IMG/VR virus record: IMGVR_UViG_3300020044_006431
Coordinates: 1-32,592 of that record
Length of the DNA stretch: 32,592 bases
Reading direction: 5' to 3' (one strand)
Source of the DNA: a virus
Taxonomy: Duplodnaviria > Caudoviricetes
Shown here: in pieces, positions 27,831 through 32,592 of the stretch
Position numbering within the stretch: the first letter of the stretch is position 1
How the letters are laid out: each line of letters opens with the position of its first letter
The notes under the pieces: model-generated
What the model was told of the DNA's origin: nothing
Database searches by the model: none
Seen by the model: only the letters and a program-made list of their open reading frames with translations
Translations under genes and position numbers: made by a program

Positions 27831-28039
27831 AAAATATTGAAATTGAAAATAAAACAATTCGGATTTATTCGAATGAATTAATTATTTCCGAATTAATTGA
27901 TGTTGAAAATGTGGATGAAATTTCGGTACACGTTAACACCGTTTCAGGAACTTATTTAATTCAATTAAATGAATTCACTTTTAACGGAAATCAATTTAAT
28001 AATTTTAACGAATTAAACTTTTACTTAAATGAAAATTAG
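27827..28039 (+). CDS. Hypothetical protein (possible fibre chaperone)
   Basis: ATGA coupling to the fibre gene. Confidence 0.55.
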   Translation: MKNIEIENKTIRIYSNELIISELIDVENVDEISVHVNTVSGTYLIQLNEFTFNGNQFNNFNELNFYLNEN

Positions 28040-28478
28040 TCAAACGGGAATCGATTTAATTAAAAGTTTTGAGGGATTGAAATTAAACGCTTATTTGTGT
28101 ACTTCGGGGGTTGCTACAATTGGCTTTGGTTCCACGTTTTACGCTGATAAAAGCCCCGTTAAAATGGGAGATAAATTAAAGGATAAACAAGCCGCCGAAG
28201 AACTTTTAAGAATTACTTTGCAAAGTTTTGAAAGCACAATTAACGGTTTATTTTATAATATTACTTTAAATCAAAATCAATTCGACGCGCTGGTTTGTTT
28301 TGTTTATAATATTGGACCTAACGCGTTTGCGGCTTCAACTTTATTAAAGAAAGCGAAAGTAAATCCAAACGATAAAACAATTCAATTAGAGTTTAATAAA
28401 TGGATTAATTCAGGAGGTAAAAAATCGAAGGGTTTAATTGAGCGAAGAAAAGCCGAATCGAAACTTTACTTTATGTAA
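28029..28478 (+). CDS. Endolysin, GH24 phage lysozyme
   Basis: IKSFEGL.L.AY.C..GV.TIGFG, LNQNQFDALV.F.YN.G, F.KW...GG....GL..RR.AE. Confidence 0.93.
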   Translation: MKISQTGIDLIKSFEGLKLNAYLCTSGVATIGFGSTFYADKSPVKMGDKLKDKQAAEELLRITLQSFESTINGLFYNITLNQNQFDALVCFVYNIGPNAFAASTLLKKAKVNPNDKTIQLEFNKWINSGGKKSKGLIERRKAESKLYFM

Positions 28479-28531
28479 TTTAAAAGTAAAAAAGTAATAA
28501 ACCCGAATGCGATTCAGTTCGTAAATAGGGT

Positions 28532-29308
28532 ATGAAAAATCTAATTACTTTATTCGCCTTTTTAACTTTTGTAAACATAGGAAACGCGCAATGCGATTCG
28601 GCAAAAGTTGTAAAATCCTTTTGGGGTTTCCCGTCTTTTAATTCATTAAATAATACCGGGCAATGTATTTCGGCAAATATTACCGATACGACTATTTGCG
28701 TAAAAGTTAAACAGATTTTAGCTACTCAACAGGCGCGTTTTAGTTATTCAAGCCCGTTCGGAAGCCCTTTAATAGTTAATGAAATTCGGCAATATAATTC
28801 CGATTGTATTTTTATCGGTTACGGAAATTTAATCGACGCGGGAATTGATAGCGTTGTAATTTGTTATTCGATTTCGTCCGAATTAATCGATAATTTTTGC
28901 CCTTACGCCTTAATAATTTCGCCTTTAGCGGTTGAATTTTGCGGGCTTTCGGCGGTTATGGGTGCGGAATTTCTGAACGTGCAATTTAAAACGTGTTCAA
29001 ATACAAATACGGATCGTTTCGAATTAATTATTTCTAAGGATTTGATTAGTTGGACCGTTGCGGAAACTATCCAGCCGCAAATAGAAAACAATTCCAGCGA
29101 AAGCGTTTATAATATTCAAACTAATAATTTCGAAAACGGAATTAATTATTTAGCGATCAGGGAAATCGATTTAAACGGAAACGCTACGGTTTCGGAAATT
29201 GCTTATTTCGAATGCAGAAATAAAAAAGAAACTATAAAAAGTTATTTTGATTTATCGGGGCGTTCGGTTTCAGGAAATACACAGTTTAAAATAGTTCGAA
29301 ATGATTGA
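28532..29308 (+). CDS. Secreted protein resembling Bacteroidota T9SS cargo
   Basis: Signal peptide (...GNA/QC); PLAVEF...F.T.S..N...F....S.D...W...G.NYL.I.EIDLNG domain; YFDLSGR.V C-terminus. Confidence 0.65.
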   Translation: MKNLITLFAFLTFVNIGNAQCDSAKVVKSFWGFPSFNSLNNTGQCISANITDTTICVKVKQILATQQARFSYSSPFGSPLIVNEIRQYNSDCIFIGYGNLIDAGIDSVVICYSISSELIDNFCPYALIISPLAVEFCGLSAVMGAEFLNVQFKTCSNTNTDRFELIISKDLISWTVAETIQPQIENNSSESVYNIQTNNFENGINYLAIREIDLNGNATVSEIAYFECRNKKETIKSYFDLSGRSVSGNTQFKIVRND

Positions 29309-29507
29309 GCCGCGCAAAATTAAAGCCGTTTTAAATATTGTCTTTGAATATTGGAACTATTGTATAGGGTCAATGGCTATTATTGCGGGCTTTTGGTTAT
29401 TCTTTTTAAAGCAAATAGACAAAGAAACATTCGCGTATATTATAGGCGCGGTAATCACTTTAAAATGGGTTTGGAAGCCAAAAGAAAAGGGGGTACAAAA
29501 TGATTAA
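29301..29507 (+). CDS. Putative holin (2 TM)
   Basis: 68 aa, two hydrophobic segments, charged C-terminus, near the endolysin. Confidence 0.55.
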   Translation: MIEPRKIKAVLNIVFEYWNYCIGSMAIIAGFWLFFLKQIDKETFAYIIGAVITLKWVWKPKEKGVQND

Positions 29508-30009
29508 TAATAATTTAGATACGCTGGTTACTTATTCGCTCGATCCTGTTTGCGTAATTGGTGAAATATGCAAAGTTCATAAATACAAGCATATCGAAGT
29601 AATTAGCAAATATGGAAAAACTGCGGAAATGCAAACCGATTATTTAAACGAGAATTTCGATTTAAAAAATAATTACTTTATTTCGGAATCGGGGCAAATA
29701 TTTTTTGCTGAAAAGGAAACAACCGCCGTTAATTATAATTTCGAAATCCCTGAAGCCGTTATTCGCTTTTCCGATACATTAAAACTAAATGATTTGCAAT
29801 ACTTAAAACAAGGCGATACACGAAGCGCAAATGAATTAATAGTATTACACCCCCAAAAAGAAACGATAAGCGTTAAAAACGATTTAAACGGGCTTTGTAT
29901 GGGTGTTGAATTCGGTTTTATGCTTATTTGCACTATGGTTTATTTGTTAAACTCTTTTACTTCGTGGTTTGCAATGCTTTCAAAAATTAACTTTGCATTG
30001 AAATCGTAA
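29500..30009 (+). CDS. Hypothetical protein with C-terminal membrane segment
   Basis: GLCMGVEFGFMLICTMVYLL hydrophobic tail. Confidence 0.6.
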   Translation: MINNNLDTLVTYSLDPVCVIGEICKVHKYKHIEVISKYGKTAEMQTDYLNENFDLKNNYFISESGQIFFAEKETTAVNYNFEIPEAVIRFSDTLKLNDLQYLKQGDTRSANELIVLHPQKETISVKNDLNGLCMGVEFGFMLICTMVYLLNSFTSWFAMLSKINFALKS

Positions 30010-30055
30010 ACAATTAAGATTTAATTAAATTAATTTGCGCTTTTATTTTAAATAA

Positions 30056-30625
30056 ATGAGCGCGCGGTATATTCTAACTAATTCAATCGATTTATTTTAC
30101 GTAGTAACCGATGAAAGCGGGGTTATTATTGGAAGTAACGATTTATTCAAAGAATATTCCAGCCATATAAAACCGAAAAATGTTTCCGAAATGATTTCGG
30201 ACGATTCCGATTTTAGCGAGTTTTCCGATTCAGTTAAAAGGGCAAAGGAACGCGCGCCGTTGCCGATTCGATTTTACGCAAAGACAAAACAAAAAAACGG
30301 TTCTATGCGCTGGAACCTTTGGAATATTTATTTTATTCTAAATTCATTGCACTTTGTCGGTTTACCTATTACCGATGTAACAAGTATAACGAGCCACGAA
30401 TACGAAAAACAAAAGCAACTTTTAGAGGATTTTCGTTTTATGCTTTCGCACGAATTAAGGCAGCCGTTAACCAGCATTGCGGGACTTGTTAAAATGTTAA
30501 TTGAAAAAGATTTTACCGAAACAAACGAAGAAAATATTAAATTGCTCGAAATGGTAAATTTATCAGTTGAGCAGCTCGATAAATCAATTCACAATTTAGT
30601 TAAAAAAGCTACGCGGCAAATTTAA
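30056..30625 (+). CDS. PAS-like plus HisKA (DHp) protein lacking the kinase ATPase domain
   Basis: YVVTDESG.II..N..F (PAS-like); F.FMLSHELRQPLTSI.GLV.ML H-box; stop follows the second DHp helix. Confidence 0.82.
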   Translation: MSARYILTNSIDLFYVVTDESGVIIGSNDLFKEYSSHIKPKNVSEMISDDSDFSEFSDSVKRAKERAPLPIRFYAKTKQKNGSMRWNLWNIYFILNSLHFVGLPITDVTSITSHEYEKQKQLLEDFRFMLSHELRQPLTSIAGLVKMLIEKDFTETNEENIKLLEMVNLSVEQLDKSIHNLVKKATRQI

Positions 30626-30629
30626 TAAA

Positions 30630-30827
30630 ATGGAAGTCGAAACATATTTACCGAAAACCGATTTAGAAGCGGACGAGCGTTTAATAATGGTTGTTTCTAA
30701 TTATGTATTAGAAAAGGAAATGCCCTTAAACTTTGCTAAAAAAGTTTTAGAAAATAATCTTCGAAATAAAAACGATTTCGGTAAATTTTGGATTCAATTA
30801 TTATTAATAACGGGAACGAATGTATAA
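30630..30827 (+). CDS. Hypothetical protein
   Basis: ORF tightly packed between its neighbours. Confidence 0.55.
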   Translation: MEVETYLPKTDLEADERLIMVVSNYVLEKEMPLNFAKKVLENNLRNKNDFGKFWIQLLLITGTNV

Positions 30828-31491
30828 GGGAATTAATTTCGTTTTGATCGCTTGTTTTATTTTAATTTTTCTTTTGTTTCGAAGCTGCGATTTAAACCGC
30901 GAATATATTTCCGAACTAAAAAAACAAGATTCCGAAATAAACAATTTTAAAAAAACGCGGCTTCGGGATTCGAGCTTTATTTATAGTCAAAAAATAAACA
31001 TCAAAATAAAAGACGATCAGTTAATAAAAAACGAACAAGAAATTTTCGCGCTTCGGGTAATGAAAATAAAAAAGCCGAAAGAGGTAATTCAATTTAAAAC
31101 CCGGTACGTTATTAAAACCGAAATCCCGATTGCGGAAACTGAACAAATTGATTCGGTTAATTATTTGCGGGTTCCTGTTTCCTTTTCAAAGGGCGAAAGG
31201 TGGTTTTCTATAAATGGTCAAATTTTGTCAAATGGGAACCTTTTAATCGATTCGCTTGTTTCAAGCGGACAATTTACCTATTCAGTTGGGGACACGCTGC
31301 GAAACGGCTTTATTAATCGTTTATTCAGGAAATCGGATCAGGTGGTTAGGTTGCACATTGATAATCCTAATATTGAGCTTCAGGGAATGACTAATATATA
31401 TATTAAGGACCGCAAAAAATGGTTTGAAACAACAGGGTTTAAAATCGGTTTTGGCGCTTTATTAGGTTTTGGCCTTGCTTCGGTAAAATAA
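30820..31491 (+). CDS. Putative spanin-like membrane protein
   Basis: N-terminal TM with LFRSC, coiled coil, beta region, C-terminal KKWFE...GFGALLG hydrophobic end; last gene of the lysis region. Confidence 0.5.
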   Translation: MYKGINFVLIACFILIFLLFRSCDLNREYISELKKQDSEINNFKKTRLRDSSFIYSQKINIKIKDDQLIKNEQEIFALRVMKIKKPKEVIQFKTRYVIKTEIPIAETEQIDSVNYLRVPVSFSKGERWFSINGQILSNGNLLIDSLVSSGQFTYSVGDTLRNGFINRLFRKSDQVVRLHIDNPNIELQGMTNIYIKDRKKWFETTGFKIGFGALLGFGLASVK

Positions 31492-31546
31492 TTTTCTCAA
31501 TATTTGCGGGGGGTACAGAACAAAATGCAATTATTTTAAAAATAAA

Positions 31547-31579
31547 TTTGGATTATTAGATAGTATTTATCTATCTTTG
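31547..31579 (+). promoter_or_regulatory. Bacteroidota sigma-A promoter with overlapping operator palindrome
   Basis: TTTG(31547-50)-N21-TATCTTTG(31572-79) full consensus; AGATAG-N7-CTATCT at 31558-31576. Confidence 0.8.
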
Positions 31580-31605
31580 TTGAAACAAAACGAAACCCCT
31601 ACACA

Positions 31606-31800
31606 ATGACAACTTTAGAATTCAAAAAAATCGCAACTGAAAAATTCAACACTATTTCTACAAATGATTTAATCGTTGAAGCTAAAAAATTAATGTTGAA
31701 TGCTTCGAACGCTTCGGATATAGTTTTAGAAGTTATAACAGATATTCTTTTCGAAAGAATGCCCGAAGCTGAATTTATAGAATTTTCAAAATCAATTTAA
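31606..31800 (+). CDS. Hypothetical early protein
   Basis: First ORF after the promoter; AAACCCC leader motif. Confidence 0.7.
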   Translation: MTTLEFKKIATEKFNTISTNDLIVEAKKLMLNASNASDIVLEVITDILFERMPEAEFIEFSKSI

Positions 31801-31806
31801 TTAACA

Positions 31807-31822
31807 GGGCGGGAAACCGCCC
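31807..31822 (+). repeat. GGGCGG-loop-CCGCCC stem-loop, copy 2
   Basis: GGGCGG GAAA CCGCCC (GNRA loop). Confidence 0.8.
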
Positions 31823-31840
31823 ACAAAAACCCCTTATAAA

Positions 31841-32047
31841 ATGAAAACTCAAATTTTAACATTCAAACTTAGAAACGGCGTAACAGTATTTGCAAAAAAC
31901 GATAGATACGGAATCAACCCCGTTGGATATTGTAATTTAAAACAAGCGAATGCAAGACAAATCAAACTTCAGGCAATGGGCGTAGATTGTTTCGTTTACC
32001 GTACCCCGTGCAATCAAAGCGTAACATTTATCGCAATAAATAATTAA
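31841..32047 (+). CDS. Hypothetical early protein
   Basis: ORF with AAAACCCC leader motif. Confidence 0.7.
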   Translation: MKTQILTFKLRNGVTVFAKNDRYGINPVGYCNLKQANARQIKLQAMGVDCFVYRTPCNQSVTFIAINN

Positions 32048-32053
32048 CCAATC

Positions 32054-32072
32054 GGGCGGCTAATAACCGCCC
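32054..32072 (+). repeat. GGGCGG-loop-CCGCCC stem-loop, copy 3
   Basis: GGGCGG CTAATAA CCGCCC. Confidence 0.8.
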
Positions 32073-32088
32073 TTTAAACCCCGATCAA

Positions 32089-32265
32089 ATGAAAAACAAA
32101 ACTTTAGATTTAATAATCGATAATTACAAATCGCAGCTTTTCCATTTAATGCAGCTCGATTATTTAACCAGCGAACAAAGAACCGAAGCCGATAATTTAA
32201 TCGAAGCCCTAAGCGATTTAACGAACGCGCGGGTAATTTATGAGCGTTTTTATGCAACCAATTAG
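32089..32265 (+). CDS. Hypothetical early protein (58 aa, not in ORF track)
   Basis: MKNKTLDLIIDNYKSQ...YERFYATN*; AAACCCC leader motif. Confidence 0.65.
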   Translation: MKNKTLDLIIDNYKSQLFHLMQLDYLTSEQRTEADNLIEALSDLTNARVIYERFYATN

Positions 32266-32592
32266 ATACAACATTAAAGAGCTTGCAAACGCGGTTAAAT
32301 ATTATTTTAGAAAGCACGGGAGCGAAACGGTCGAATCAATTTCAAAAAAATTCAAGGTACCCGTAGGAACATTGAACGTCCACATTTCAAAAGAACTTAA
32401 ACGAAAACAACTTTTAAAAATGAATAATCGAAGCATTATTTTTCAAGACCGAATGATTACGGTTTATTACAACTACGAATTCCAACCGGGCTTATTTTCG
32501 CATCCCGATTCAATTGAATTCGAATTTCATTCAATCATTTACAAAGGGCGAAATATTACCTATATTCTTTCAATCGAAAGTTTAAACGAAAT
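32252..32592 (+). CDS. 5' part of junction-spanning ORF (145 aa to position 218), N-terminal HTH-like segment
   Basis: ELANAVKYY...ETVESISKKFKVPVGTLNVHISK resembles a psq-type HTH; in frame with an internal ATG at 32420. Confidence 0.55.
   Translation, partial: MQPIRYNIKELANAVKYYFRKHGSETVESISKKFKVPVGTLNVHISKELKRKQLLKMNNRSIIFQDRMITVYYNYEFQPGLFSHPDSIEFEFHSIIYKGRNITYILSIESLNE
32472..32592. repeat. Terminal direct repeat, right copy (circular overlap)
   Basis: Identical to 1-121. Confidence 0.95.

Larger units (their letters stand above)
1..32592 (+). mobile_element. Complete circular tailed-phage genome (Caudoviricetes, siphovirus-like; probable Bacteroidota host)
   Basis: Terminase, portal, capsid, protease, tape measure, endolysin, RecT and DnaB are present on one strand; the ends overlap by 121 bp; no host housekeeping genes. 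Confidence 0.95.

Noticed and set aside
383-32317. All minus-strand ORFs in the track (e.g. 6517-6906, 17806-18108, 32060-32317)
   Set aside because: They lie opposite well-supported + strand genes and show no recognisable motifs; treated as shadow ORFs
32472-32592. 121-bp terminal repeat as a biological DTR or att site
   Set aside because: It falls mid-ORF and is exact with a k-mer-like length; best explained as assembler overlap of a circular or permuted genome
1-32592. Stop-codon recoding (alternative genetic code)
   Set aside because: Standard code 11 already gives dense, full-length genes; no suppressor tRNA seen

Overview
Complete, circularly closed genome (32,471 bp unique; bases 1-121 repeat at 32472-32592) of a tailed dsDNA phage, probably a siphovirus of Bacteroidota. 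Host evidence: TAnnTTTG promoters, A-rich starts without Shine-Dalgarno, a DUF3127 protein and a T9SS-cargo-like gene. All credible genes are on the + strand. Gene order: two small-gene early units, RecT/exonuclease, replication initiator with iterons plus DnaB, ParB-methyltransferase, terminase, tail genes and tape measure, ClpP-type protease, capsid, tail tube, portal, tail fibre, then a lysis region with accessory genes. I recognised no integrase, tRNA, RT or CRISPR. The most striking unexplained feature is a candidate RNA-based regulatory system. A ~75-nt promoter- and terminator-bounded intergenic RNA (~8660-8734) carries an AGGGGUU hairpin tip that is complementary to an AACCCC(U) motif just upstream of at least seven early start codons. 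Also notable: a pseudoknotted attenuator-like leader before the replication genes, a shared operator palindrome on two early promoters, repeated GGGCGG/CCGCCC stem-loops, a -1 frameshift gene, a kinase-less PAS-HisKA protein and a T9SS-cargo-like protein in the lysis cassette. All family calls come from motif recognition by eye; no searches were run.
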